Positions 29,510 to 39,537 of a DNA stretch of 64,000 nt are shown here, piece after piece. The notes beneath the pieces are model-generated. The model was not told the origin of the DNA and searched no databases. It saw only the letters and a list, made by a program, of their open reading frames with translations. The translations under genes were made by a program, and so were the position numbers. Source of the DNA: Bdellovibrionales bacterium (GTDB lineage: Bacteria; Bdellovibrionota; Bdellovibrionia; Bdellovibrionales; JAGQZY01); contig CAXRHT010000001.1 in NCBI GenBank assembly GCA_964230645.1, positions 544,001-608,000 on the forward strand, given 5' to 3'. The number at the start of each line of letters is the position of its first letter. Position 1 is the first letter of the stretch.

Positions 29510-32500
29510 CTAAAGCCAGACCTCATTATCTTTCACCGACTTATCGATAAAAGTGTTCAATGGATCAACACCGGCCTGAAATGGCTCTTCACTTAATTTT
29601 AATTCAAGGGTCTGCTCACCATTTTTAAGTCTATGAGGCTGGTAATAAATAAACTCCCCTTCTTTATTGCGAACGCCAATAGGGATCTCTTCGTTGAAAT
29701 CAACAAACTTTTCTTCTCCTTCAGGAGTGGCCTTAATCTTTTTAAGGTTTAATTTCAAAGTGACCTTATACTGACCTTCGGAAACCACTTCTTTTTCAGC
29801 CTTCATCACTCGATTCTCATAAAGAACAATCTGATTGAACAATTCATCAATCAACTGAGCTTTGTCAGGGACCTGGGCTTTAATTTCACTCACAAGCATC
29901 TGGGCGTGCGGTAAAAGTTTTGGTTCCTGCTCAAGGCCGTAACGAGCGATAAAATTTGCAATGATAATATTGAGTTTTTCTTCTCCAATCTCTTCTTTGA
30001 GGCGATATAATACTAGGGAGGCCTTTTGATAGTGAATGTAGCCTTGATTTTCATTCCTTGCCAACGGCATTTCCTCTTTGATTTCTTGTGAGCGACCCCT
30101 TAAGTATCGATTCAGCTCGTACTTTAAGAACTTTTTCATATGGTCTTTGCCGAAATGTTTTTCCATAACCATCAGAGCACCGTATTGAGCGAGTGACTCT
30201 ACCAACATGGTCGCGCCCGGCACTAATCCTCCCACTAACTGATGGCCAAACCATTGGTGAGCCAGCTCATGGGAAGTTATATAAAAAGGATAATCGATAC
30301 TATCCTCGTCCTCCAACTCTGCAATAAATCCAATGCCTTCAGAAAAAGGGATGGTGTTAGGAAAGGCTTGCGCAAAGGTTTGGTAACGGGGGAACTCAAA
30401 GATACGAAACTGCCGATACTGATAGGGACTAAAGTTTTTAGAAAAGTAGGCTAAGGATTCTTTGGCTGAGGCAATCATTTGATCGACATTCTTATCATGT
30501 CCTTTGTGATGGAAGACTTCAATCTTTACATCTTTCCATTGATCTCTAACAACTTCGTAGCGCGCGGAAAGAAAAGAGTAAAAATGCAGGATCGGAGTGT
30601 CGGTGTGATACTGAGCGTAGTAACGTCCCTTTTCTTGCCACTCTTTTTTTAAGTAGCCGGGTGCTACAATGACTTGATCCTCACTGGTACTTACTAAAGC
30701 ATTAAATTCAATCTTCATAGCATCAGGCGCTAAATAGGTATACTTTGAGCTTACCGGATTGTCGATGTCCAGAACCCTTGTCTGTTCCCCTAGACCATAA
30801 CGTCTGCGTTCTTTGATATTGGATTCTTCAAGCCCCATATCGTAGCCAAAAGAGGGGAAAATATTTCGCCCATTTATGAAAGTTCCATTCTTTACAATTG
30901 AAGTATCATTCTCTTCATTTTCAAAGCCTTGGTTCTTTATTTCGTACTCATAGGTCAACTTTCTCTTTTCGCCAGGCATGAGTGCTTTTTTGAGTTTAAT
31001 GACCTGTATTCCTAGAGCCTCATTGTCTTTTAAGATCTCAAAGCCTCCTTCAATAGTCATTTTTTGGAAATGAATTTTCGGCAAACTCAATAAAACTTCA
31101 CTCATAGGTTTTTCGAAACGATTGGTAATTATAAACTTCCCTGTGCCTTCGGCCCGTCTCTCTTCGGGGTACAAATGAAATTCAACGTCAACCTTGGTAA
31201 AATCAGGACGAGGAGCATATAGCCATTTTTCACGGTAGTTTTTTTCGTACTCAACACGGGCTCGAATACGATCATTGTTAAACTGGAATTCGTTGAGGAC
31301 ACTGGTGTTGTAGTAGGCATAAGCCCATAGGCTTGCAAATATTAGCACTAAGAAAACACTCACCCAGCGAAGGCGACCATGAAATTTTTCTTTCAACTGA
31401 GAAAGACGTTCTCTTAGAGCCCCCTCTTTTCCTCGCTGGCATAAATAAACAGCCAGAGCGGCAAAAAGAATAGAAAGAAAACCCCACATTGTTGAAAATA
31501 CGATATGTCCATACAAATTGGGTCCAAATCCATTCATATCCGAATAAAGAATAGTTGGAGAACTATTGATTCTAAATATGTTTCTCTCAATTCCAAAACT
31601 AGACCCATACACCAAATAGATATAATAAAGAATCATAGCTCCGTGGGCGATAAATTTATTATTGATCAAGGCATGAGCGAGGAATGCTAAACAACTCATT
31701 CCAAAATAAGCTGGATAGTGAACAAAAAAGAACTGCTGTAAATAAAGGCCCACTTCAAAATTATAGTAACCTTTGAAACTTTGAATGATTATTCCACACA
31801 CAGTCAGTAGGAGAAACAAAACAAAGAGCAAAAGATTAAGGGCCACAAGCTTTGGAAGCTTAAGTAACATCAAGGAGACAGGACTTGAATCAACGATTTC
31901 ATCAAAATTATTACCACGCTCTTTCCAAAGCATCTCCCCACTCCAGAACGTCAATATGATCAGGATAAAGAGACTAAAAACCGCCCCTAACATATCCACG
32001 ACTTTATAGGTGACTGGCAATGTGGGTGTGCCAAACATTTTTCCAATGTTGGGAGAAAGCAAGAATATGTAGCCACATCCAAGAAGAAGCAATGTGACAA
32101 CGACAGGATGTTTTATCGATTGCAGAAACTCATGCTTTGTTAAACTCACAAACTCACTAAATCCGTAGCGTTTTTCTTCAACAAAACTAATGTCTTTGAA
32201 ATGAAGACTTTGAGCCGTCGAAGATGGGATTTTTTCTCGTTTCTTTTTCTTTGATGAGCGACTGGGAATTCGCTCATAAAATAAACGAGCAAGGCCTAGA
32301 AAAGATAATCCCACTAGAGTCCAAAGAATACGGTTATAGAGAAAGAAACTTTCTAGAGGCACAAATTGGGAATTTTGTTGTGCGGCCGTCCAGTAGCGGA
32401 CAACAAGACTTGAAGCTCGCATACCTGAAGGGTCTGTCAGGGCGCTGAGCATATAGTTTTCTAAATCCCCTCCCAATTGTCCCGAGAGCATCCAACCCAG

Positions 32501-33082
32501 AAAAACAGCCGCTCCGCTGACGTACACAAAGGTCATTCGTTTAAAGAAGCTTCCCATAAAAAAGAAGATTCCACCAAAGACGATTAAATTGGGAAAAACT
32601 CCTGTGAGGTAAGGCTTGATATAGGCAAAAAGTTGAAAGGGCCCCAGATAGGCTTCATCCACCCAAGGCAAAAGAGAACCAACATAAAGTCCCAAACCGA
32701 TGGATGATAAAATGAAAAAACTAACAATAAAGGCACTTAAAAAACGGACGAAAAAATAAGTGTTTCGATTAAAACTTTTTGAATGGGTGAGCTCATTGAA
32801 ATTATTAAGATGATCTTTAAATGCATTCTGACCAAAAATGGGGGCTATGACAAAAACCGAGAAAAAAGAAATAATAAGAGTCAGGGCTTGAATGGTGAGA
32901 GGTGAGTTGATATCAACGCGGTTGGATCCACTAAAATTAACCTGAACTCCGGGGAAAGCACCAGCACCGGCAAGGACAAGAATGACTGAAAATATAAAAA
33001 ACAGGGAAAAATAAATATAGGTTGAAACTCTTTTAAAACGATCTCTCAGATCGTATTTTAAAACATCAGAGAACAGGTTCAC
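29510..33082 (-). CDS. ABC-2-type double permease fused to an M1 (gluzincin) aminopeptidase domain
   Basis: Two multi-TM blocks in the N-terminal ~590 aa, then FAQAFP and HELAHQW-(18)-ESLAQY (HExxH...E) and HYQK. Confidence 0.88.
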   Translation of the reverse strand: MNLFSDVLKYDLRDRFKRVSTYIYFSLFFIFSVILVLAGAGAFPGVQVNFSGSNRVDINSPLTIQALTLIISFFSVFVIAPIFGQNAFKDHLNNFNELTHSKSFNRNTYFFVRFLSAFIVSFFILSSIGLGLYVGSLLPWVDEAYLGPFQLFAYIKPYLTGVFPNLIVFGGIFFFMGSFFKRMTFVYVSGAAVFLGWMLSGQLGGDLENYMLSALTDPSGMRASSLVVRYWTAAQQNSQFVPLESFFLYNRILWTLVGLSFLGLARLFYERIPSRSSKKKKREKIPSSTAQSLHFKDISFVEEKRYGFSEFVSLTKHEFLQSIKHPVVVTLLLLGCGYIFLLSPNIGKMFGTPTLPVTYKVVDMLGAVFSLFILIILTFWSGEMLWKERGNNFDEIVDSSPVSLMLLKLPKLVALNLLLFVLFLLLTVCGIIIQSFKGYYNFEVGLYLQQFFFVHYPAYFGMSCLAFLAHALINNKFIAHGAMILYYIYLVYGSSFGIERNIFRINSSPTILYSDMNGFGPNLYGHIVFSTMWGFLSILFAALAVYLCQRGKEGALRERLSQLKEKFHGRLRWVSVFLVLIFASLWAYAYYNTSVLNEFQFNNDRIRARVEYEKNYREKWLYAPRPDFTKVDVEFHLYPEERRAEGTGKFIITNRFEKPMSEVLLSLPKIHFQKMTIEGGFEILKDNEALGIQVIKLKKALMPGEKRKLTYEYEIKNQGFENEENDTSIVKNGTFINGRNIFPSFGYDMGLEESNIKERRRYGLGEQTRVLDIDNPVSSKYTYLAPDAMKIEFNALVSTSEDQVIVAPGYLKKEWQEKGRYYAQYHTDTPILHFYSFLSARYEVVRDQWKDVKIEVFHHKGHDKNVDQMIASAKESLAYFSKNFSPYQYRQFRIFEFPRYQTFAQAFPNTIPFSEGIGFIAELEDEDSIDYPFYITSHELAHQWFGHQLVGGLVPGATMLVESLAQYGALMVMEKHFGKDHMKKFLKYELNRYLRGRSQEIKEEMPLARNENQGYIHYQKASLVLYRLKEEIGEEKLNIIIANFIARYGLEQEPKLLPHAQMLVSEIKAQVPDKAQLIDELFNQIVLYENRVMKAEKEVVSEGQYKVTLKLNLKKIKATPEGEEKFVDFNEEIPIGVRNKEGEFIYYQPHRLKNGEQTLELKLSEEPFQAGVDPLNTFIDKSVKDNEVWL

Positions 33083-33939
33083 GTCAGCGACTCCTTTTTC
33101 ATCTGATAAAGATAGTAGTCCTCAAGGGTTGGGTCTTTGGCCAGGCTCGGAGTCATTGGCTCTTCGGAATAAAAGGATTGGTACTTTTTCCCACCCATAA
33201 ACTTTTCCGTCAAAACAAGTCCTGGCTGCCGAGACTCATCAAACTCTTGTAAGTAAATTTTACCTGCAATTTCACTCAAAGCTTGAGTTGGGTTGGTCGA
33301 GACGATCACTTTTCCTTTTTTGATAATACAAAAGTTTTCACAAAGATTGGCGACATCCTCAACGATATGGGTCGACAGTAGAACTGTTTTCTCGCTACCA
33401 ATTTCACTAATGATGTTCAAAAAACGAATTCTTTCTTCAGGGTCAAGACCCGCTGTAGGTTCGTCCACAATGATCAGCGAGGGATTGGAAATCAGAGCCT
33501 GAGCGATTCCAAAGCGCTGCTTCATCCCCCCCGAATAGCTAGAAACCGCTCGATGCTTCTGATCACTCAAATTCACCAAAGCTAGAAGATCAGCCACTAA
33601 CTCAGAGCGCTCTTTCCCGCTTTTTACCCCTTTCAGTGAGGCCAGGTAGTGCATTAATTCTTCGGCTGAAGCTCTGGGATAAACTCCAAACTCCTGGGGC
33701 AAATAACCGAGTCGGTCCCTGAGGTAAGTCTTATTCTCTAAGATACTCTCCCCTTCATAAAGGATTTCACCCTCGTCGGGCTCCTGTAAAGTGGCCAGAG
33801 TTCTCATAAGTGTAGACTTCCCCGCTCCATTGGGTCCTAGGAGCCCAAAGATACCTCGGCCCACCTCTAGGCTCACTTGATCTAAAGCTTTTAGATCGTC
33901 TGAATAGGTTTTCGAAATTCCCTGAATTTTAAGACTCAT
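33079..33939 (-). CDS. ABC transporter ATP-binding protein
   Basis: GPNGAGKS, YSGGMKQR, IIVDEPT, LSTH motifs; ATG at 33939 follows GAGG. Confidence 0.93.
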   Translation of the reverse strand: MSLKIQGISKTYSDDLKALDQVSLEVGRGIFGLLGPNGAGKSTLMRTLATLQEPDEGEILYEGESILENKTYLRDRLGYLPQEFGVYPRASAEELMHYLASLKGVKSGKERSELVADLLALVNLSDQKHRAVSSYSGGMKQRFGIAQALISNPSLIIVDEPTAGLDPEERIRFLNIISEIGSEKTVLLSTHIVEDVANLCENFCIIKKGKVIVSTNPTQALSEIAGKIYLQEFDESRQPGLVLTEKFMGGKKYQSFYSEEPMTPSLAKDPTLEDYYLYQMKKESLT

Positions 33940-34109
33940 AAATGACCTCTGATACGAAAAGACAGACAATCTAGCCTGCTCGAGAGTCATTTCAAAGGAT
34001 TAAAGACAGTGCAAAAAGATTTTAAGCCACAGAGTCTCGCTGGCTGTTTTTTTTACCCAAATGGGTCAATATCACTCTTACTAAGTAGGTGGGAACTTGC
34101 GTTAGAGCC

Positions 34110-35420
34110 TTAATCCACCCTCAAAACCGAGTTTTTTATAATTTGGGCCACGTGAAAGATCACTTTATCAGCAGTGGCATTGAAGTCTTTGGCTACTATC
34201 TCTGCAATCTGATTTAGACTGCGCTTTCCATCGACAAGCTTAAGGACTCGGGCGTTGAGCTCATGCCCTGAGGCCAAACGTTGGCGATCCACTGGTAGAA
34301 CAATCTTTTTCTCTGGGTCCTGCATCCATGTGGGTTCAAGACTCACGGGATTGAATTCTACCGACTCACTCTCCCTGATTTTTTTAAAGCGAAAAGCATG
34401 GATGCGTTCGACACGGTAGGAACCAGACTCTCTACACTTCATATAAGAGGCCATTTTGGTCCTCTCCACTTCACAATCAAACCCTGCTTTTCTTGCAAAG
34501 TCTATGATATCGCCAGACTGGACTTGGTCTTTAAGATCTTTACTCTGAAAATGAAGAGGTCCAACATTGACCCAGATTCCACCAGGCTTTAAAAATTGAT
34601 TCAAATGAGCAAAAAATAAGTCCAATGGCCAATCAATAGTATCAATTAACCACGGAGTAAAAAGAAAACTAAAAGAATGGCTTTTTAAAAACCTCGTTCT
34701 TGCATCGGCCACAATATAGTTCATGTTTTTTAAAGGTTTTGGGCATTCTAACTTTCTTAAAAGATAAATATCATCACTTTTTTCAGGAAGAACGGGTTTT
34801 TCAAAAAGCTCAAGCTTATTTCCACTAATTGTATGCTCGGCTATTTTGAGCAAAAGGGGATTAAAATCGTTCAATACGCCGAGATTGTAAGAACGGGATT
34901 TTACGACCTCATAGCAAAGGCGCCCTGATCCCGCTCCGAGGCACAAAGTTTCAGCGAAATCCGTTTGCTCAGAAAGAACCTCGTTCACTAAGGAGTGATA
35001 ATCACTCACCTCATCATCTCCCCAACTCCAGTCCCTAAAGGCATTGTCTAGATTAGGAGTTAAGGCACTCGGCTCTGGGCTTTGAGAAAGATAGGATTGA
35101 AACTCTTCTGATTGAATATCGCTATATTCCAAAAATTTTAACAATGAATTGAAAGCCTGTATGGAATGCTCTTTCGCCTTTCTTGATTTTTCCAAACGAG
35201 TTTTCTCTTGAGGTTGCTTCGTCTTCTCTACTTGGTGGGTCAAATACTCTAAATCATGACGAAGTTGGTACAAAAACTTTAAAGCCTCAAAGCTAAAGTA
35301 GTTTTCTGCATAATTTTGATCGGGAAATAAAAAACGAAGGCCTCCCTTGGTCCAACCCTTCATATTCTCTATTTCTTTTAGTCGATCTTTATGACTTTTC
35401 ACAGGCCCACCTTTACTCAT
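34110..35420 (-). CDS. SAM-dependent methyltransferase, carnosine N-methyltransferase (N2227/CARNMT1)-like, with a C-terminal winged-helix (PqqD-like) segment
   Basis: RDWS, LGAGSGRL..E, W.IDT and LKPGGIWVNVGPL motifs; tail LVDGKRSLNQIAEIVAKDF. Confidence 0.7.
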   Translation of the reverse strand: MSKGGPVKSHKDRLKEIENMKGWTKGGLRFLFPDQNYAENYFSFEALKFLYQLRHDLEYLTHQVEKTKQPQEKTRLEKSRKAKEHSIQAFNSLLKFLEYSDIQSEEFQSYLSQSPEPSALTPNLDNAFRDWSWGDDEVSDYHSLVNEVLSEQTDFAETLCLGAGSGRLCYEVVKSRSYNLGVLNDFNPLLLKIAEHTISGNKLELFEKPVLPEKSDDIYLLRKLECPKPLKNMNYIVADARTRFLKSHSFSFLFTPWLIDTIDWPLDLFFAHLNQFLKPGGIWVNVGPLHFQSKDLKDQVQSGDIIDFARKAGFDCEVERTKMASYMKCRESGSYRVERIHAFRFKKIRESESVEFNPVSLEPTWMQDPEKKIVLPVDRQRLASGHELNARVLKLVDGKRSLNQIAEIVAKDFNATADKVIFHVAQIIKNSVLRVD

Positions 35421-35636
35421 CCGATTTTTATCTTACTGTAAAAATTAATTTTTTTCTGAAAAGCCTGGACTTTTGTTTGAGGCATTTTGAACTTATAAAA
35501 TACTGTTAAAGAATCCGACATGAAAAAGCTTTGAGCAGTCTTGTTCAGAAATGAAACACTCAGAAACAACTGTATTGTTTTTAGCTCTCAAAACGAGAAT
35601 CATTCGTGGTACACAAATTGCTGTTTAATAATATGG

Positions 35637-37277
35637 ATGGTGGGTATAAAAAATCGAACATTGTTAATTCTATCTTTCTTCACGATTTTGTTCTTTCAGA
35701 ATTGTGGCGGCTTCCAATCGAATTCTGGTGTCGAGAGTTCTAGCAATTCTTTCGGTGACGGCTCGGAGATTCGCTTGCAAAAGAGGATGGTCCTTCTCAC
35801 TAAAGACCAATATTTCAACACTCTCTCTCAACATTTAGCCAATGACAGTGATCGCAGTCAGCTAAGACAGATGAGTTTACCTTTCAACAGAACCGATCCG
35901 GCCCTTCGCTTTAGCTCTCATAGAGATTCTTTTTCTGTCACAGAAACAGATATCGACTTGGCTTGGGATATGGCGGAGTTTGTCGCTGAGAGAAAAGCGC
36001 AAGCCGTGGCTTCATTAAACCAAGGCTGCTTTCTCGAAGGCGATACCTCCGATGATTGTTTAAAACAAAGGATTGCTCACTGGACCAATCTTATTTTTTC
36101 AAGGCCTGCGACTGAGGAGGATTTAAATACCTTTCTCCCGGCCATGAAGCAAAACAGTATACATGAATCCAATAAAGAAGAAGCACTCACCCGTCTCTTT
36201 TTATCTTTATTTATGTCTCCTCACTTTTACTACCGTACAGAGCTTGCCGATACCGGTGGCAATAAAATGGGAGACTACGAGATTGCTAAATATTTGGCAT
36301 ATACTCTCACAGACAATCCCCCAGACGGTCCACTATTAAAAGCGGCCGAGAAGGGACTCCTTCAAAACAAAGCCGAAAGAGAGGCTCAGGCCCGAAGACT
36401 ACTAGGAGAGATTGAAAATAATTCGAGTGTGCTTCACTTTCTACAAGAATATTTCAAATACTCCACCATGGATTCCAATAAAGATATGGAACAGTTCCCT
36501 GAGTTTGATTTCGATGAACTTGTGAAGGACACCGATTTTCTAGTGCAATCCATTCTTGAATCCAATGCCGAAAAAGGTTTTTGGAAAGAGATAATGTCCA
36601 CTAATCGAATTGCAGCGAGCCCTGAAACTGTTGAAAACTACGGCCTTAGTAATTCAGATATCAACAATACAAGAAGAGTGATCACTTCAAAAGACAACCG
36701 TCTTGGAATCCTAACACAGCCCAGTTGGCTGGTTCATTTTTCTAAAGATGAAGATAACTTTGTCATTGGACGCGGTAAATTTATCAGAGAAGATGTCCTC
36801 TGTGGAGAAATTCCTAACAGGGAAATCGACAATGTTCCTCCGATCCCAGAAGAGCCCGACGCGACTCTAAGGGAACGAATGGCTATTACTGAGTCTGGCA
36901 GTTGCTATGAATGTCATGTTACTATGAATCCTTTGGGATACGGCTTTGAAAGCTATGACCAATTTGGTCGTTTTCGTACAAGCGAAGCGGGGCAACCTGT
37001 TGATGCCTCAGGCTGGGTGGAAGGCTCAGGGGATCAAGATGGGGAGTTTTCTGACCACAAGGGGTTGATGACACAACTTTCGAACTCAAAAACAACTCGG
37101 GCCTGTTTTCTTGCTCATTCTTTGCAGTATCTTATGGGAGCCTCCCATCGCCCAAAAATTCAATCCAACCAACTACAGCCTTTTATAAACTTTTATGACG
37201 AATCCGGAGGAAACTTTAAAGAAGTCCTTATTGAGATGATCAGTTCAGAAGCCGCAATTACAAGAAAGGGACCTTAA
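35637..37277 (+). CDS. DUF1592/DUF1588/DUF1595-type lipoprotein with CxxCH (copy 1)
   Basis: FFQNC lipobox, SPHFYYRTE, RLGILTQPSWL, RG.FI...LCG, CYECH..MNPLG.GFE.YD..GRFR. Confidence 0.82.
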   Translation: MVGIKNRTLLILSFFTILFFQNCGGFQSNSGVESSSNSFGDGSEIRLQKRMVLLTKDQYFNTLSQHLANDSDRSQLRQMSLPFNRTDPALRFSSHRDSFSVTETDIDLAWDMAEFVAERKAQAVASLNQGCFLEGDTSDDCLKQRIAHWTNLIFSRPATEEDLNTFLPAMKQNSIHESNKEEALTRLFLSLFMSPHFYYRTELADTGGNKMGDYEIAKYLAYTLTDNPPDGPLLKAAEKGLLQNKAEREAQARRLLGEIENNSSVLHFLQEYFKYSTMDSNKDMEQFPEFDFDELVKDTDFLVQSILESNAEKGFWKEIMSTNRIAASPETVENYGLSNSDINNTRRVITSKDNRLGILTQPSWLVHFSKDEDNFVIGRGKFIREDVLCGEIPNREIDNVPPIPEEPDATLRERMAITESGSCYECHVTMNPLGYGFESYDQFGRFRTSEAGQPVDASGWVEGSGDQDGEFSDHKGLMTQLSNSKTTRACFLAHSLQYLMGASHRPKIQSNQLQPFINFYDESGGNFKEVLIEMISSEAAITRKGP

Positions 37278-37278
37278 A

Positions 37279-38796
37279 ATGGCAAGTCGAAAAAACGAGC
37301 AACGAAGACTCTTTTTAAAACAAATGGGCTTAGGCGCTGGAGCCATGATTTTTAATCCCCTGCTTATCGACCTTTTTAACAAGGCTCACGCTCAAGCGGG
37401 TGGAGAACAAAAATTAATTCTTCTTTATATGAATGCTTTTCCTCAGCTCAGCCAAGGGGCTGGTGACTTTCTGCCGAAAGGGAATAATTTTAGTGTGGCA
37501 GCTGGTAAGGGGCCTAAAGGACTATCCAGTCAGCCACTTATCAAAATGAACGCCAGTGATTGGCCCACAAAACTTGATGCCCTTAAACCTTTCTTTAATA
37601 ATTCGCTGATTGTGGATGGAGTTTACCACGGTTGTAACGATGCTCCCGGCCAAACCATGCATGGTATGCGCTACGCTGGACTCAATGGAATTTGTGGAAA
37701 TGTTTTGAGAGACCAACAAGTAAAGGATGAACTGGATGTTCCCCACGGCCCCACGATCGATCAGATTATTGCTGGCGGCCCCTCTGGGAAAAATGTTTCC
37801 CATCCCTCTGTGCTTTTTGGAATGAGACAAGCCAACTACAGCTGGCAGAAAAAAGACATTGAACTCACGCAGGCTTGTTTTGCCTCGGCAGCCAATTCTC
37901 CCCTCCCCTACTTTTCAAGGGTAAAGGCCTTGGAACGTTCTCTCTTTGGACAAGATTATGTGGATGGCAAAACGGGAGATGACGGATCCAAACAACTCAA
38001 AACCAATCGACGTAAATCGGTTCTTGATGTTCTTAGAGCCGATGTTAATCGCTTAGAAAAAAGAACACCGGCTGAATTTAAAGACAAGGTCTATGGAGTT
38101 CTGGAGTCTTTTGAAAATTTTGATAATAAAAAACAAGCCCAAGAGCAGAATCAGTGTACACTTCCCGGTCCTTCTGGAATTGGCAAAGGGGACAACGCTG
38201 AAGATGAGCTTATAGCCTTAGCTGATGCCTCCACCCTTGCCATGAAATGCGGAATGACACGCGTAATAGGAATGGGCATGGGTGTGGAGATTGGACACTC
38301 CTCAGACATAGGGTATAAAAAGAACGTCGATCAAAAGGTGAGAGATCGCTGGTCTGATGCCTCGGTCTCTCCATCGGGTGGTTCTAATTTTTATAGCTCT
38401 AGTTGGCACTACCACAATAGCGGTGAGCAATGGAATGATAACAATGGAAGAATTGTTGATTTCTATGGCCAACTTCTTGCTCGTATGATGGAAAATCTCT
38501 CAGGACAAAAAGGAGTTATGCCTGACAACACAACTGTGATGCTCGTTACAGATCGTGGCATGTCTGCTGGAAACCATCATGGTTCCCGTCGCTCCCCTAT
38601 CTTTATTTGGTCAACAAACCCGGCCTTCCAAACAGGTGGTCAGTATATCCGATATGAAACAAAAGATTGGTACGGCAGGATGACCGATTTTACCGCCTTG
38701 TCAGACTTTTACCGGACCATCGCTACGGGCTTCGGGGTCAATATGCCAAGCTTTGGGATATACGGCGGCCCTCTTCTGAACGATATCCTTAAATGA
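37279..38796 (+). CDS. DUF1552-type Tat-exported protein (copy 1)
   Basis: QRRLFLK Tat motif, GPTIDQ.IA, R.SVLD, A..CGMTRV, His clusters; follows the DUF1592-type gene. Confidence 0.8.
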   Translation: MASRKNEQRRLFLKQMGLGAGAMIFNPLLIDLFNKAHAQAGGEQKLILLYMNAFPQLSQGAGDFLPKGNNFSVAAGKGPKGLSSQPLIKMNASDWPTKLDALKPFFNNSLIVDGVYHGCNDAPGQTMHGMRYAGLNGICGNVLRDQQVKDELDVPHGPTIDQIIAGGPSGKNVSHPSVLFGMRQANYSWQKKDIELTQACFASAANSPLPYFSRVKALERSLFGQDYVDGKTGDDGSKQLKTNRRKSVLDVLRADVNRLEKRTPAEFKDKVYGVLESFENFDNKKQAQEQNQCTLPGPSGIGKGDNAEDELIALADASTLAMKCGMTRVIGMGMGVEIGHSSDIGYKKNVDQKVRDRWSDASVSPSGGSNFYSSSWHYHNSGEQWNDNNGRIVDFYGQLLARMMENLSGQKGVMPDNTTVMLVTDRGMSAGNHHGSRRSPIFIWSTNPAFQTGGQYIRYETKDWYGRMTDFTALSDFYRTIATGFGVNMPSFGIYGGPLLNDILK

Positions 38797-39168
38797 GAAC
38801 GAGTTCCTAATGCTAGAATCATCCCCTTGCCCCCAGCGACCGGGAAGTTTATCAATCCACACGTCTCCTAGTACACGAGTTTGACAAGCAAGGCGTAAAT
38901 GTTTTTTGATACTGTTCTTGTGAGGTGGGAGAGACAAGCGTAGAGCTTCTATCTTATTTCGTTTTGACGTCAACCCTTCAACCCTCAAAGCACAGGTCCC
39001 ACAAGAACCAAACCCATGACAATTCAGCTTTTGAAAGCTTTTATGGTAGAGAAAATGACGGTATTCCTCCAGTAGGGCTTTGCGCAAATTGGTTCCTTTT
39101 TCAACGATCACCACGTCTTGCAGAACACCGTTTTCACCTTTAACAAAAATTCGCGCCATCTTTTTCAT
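38701..39168 (-). CDS. 2Fe-2S ferredoxin-like protein
   Basis: NCHGFGSCGTC ... RLACQT; 3' end overlaps the convergent DUF1552-type gene. Confidence 0.85.
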   Translation of the reverse strand: MKKMARIFVKGENGVLQDVVIVEKGTNLRKALLEEYRHFLYHKSFQKLNCHGFGSCGTCALRVEGLTSKRNKIEALRLSLPPHKNSIKKHLRLACQTRVLGDVWIDKLPGRWGQGDDSSIRNSFSFKDIVQKRAAVYPKAWHIDPEARSDGPVKV

Positions 39169-39184
39169 ACCATTTACTCAAACA

Positions 39185-39352
39185 TTATTTTTTATTTTTA
39201 AAGCTCGTCTTAGTCGTAGAAGAATTCCTCTTTGGAAATCTTAAAGGATCGATGTCGCAACCATAGGGTTCATTAGGAGTCATCGACCAGTCCTTAATAC
39301 TGTATTCCTTCGGCTTTTGTTTTTTAAAAAATCGAGAGAAATAGTTTTTCAT
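39185..39352 (-). CDS. Small basic protein (55 aa), below the ORF-track cutoff
   Basis: GGAGG 5 nt before ATG; MKNYFSRFFKKQKPKEYSIKDWSMTPNEPYGCDIDPLRFPKRNSSTTKTSFKNKK; ends 16 nt before the ferredoxin start. Confidence 0.5.
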   Translation of the reverse strand: MKNYFSRFFKKQKPKEYSIKDWSMTPNEPYGCDIDPLRFPKRNSSTTKTSFKNKK

Positions 39353-39537
39353 GGGATCCTCCAGGATTCATCAAGTATTTAACGAGACCCAATTATTTAT
39401 CTTTTATCAGTTGAGGAATTAATATGTTGTTTCTTAAAAACAAATAGTGCTTTTGCTCTATTTTTCGCCTTGCTAAAATCTAAACTTTGGAGCCTTTGGT
39501 TTCCTGTCTGTGAGGGAAAATCACTGCAGCTTCAAAG

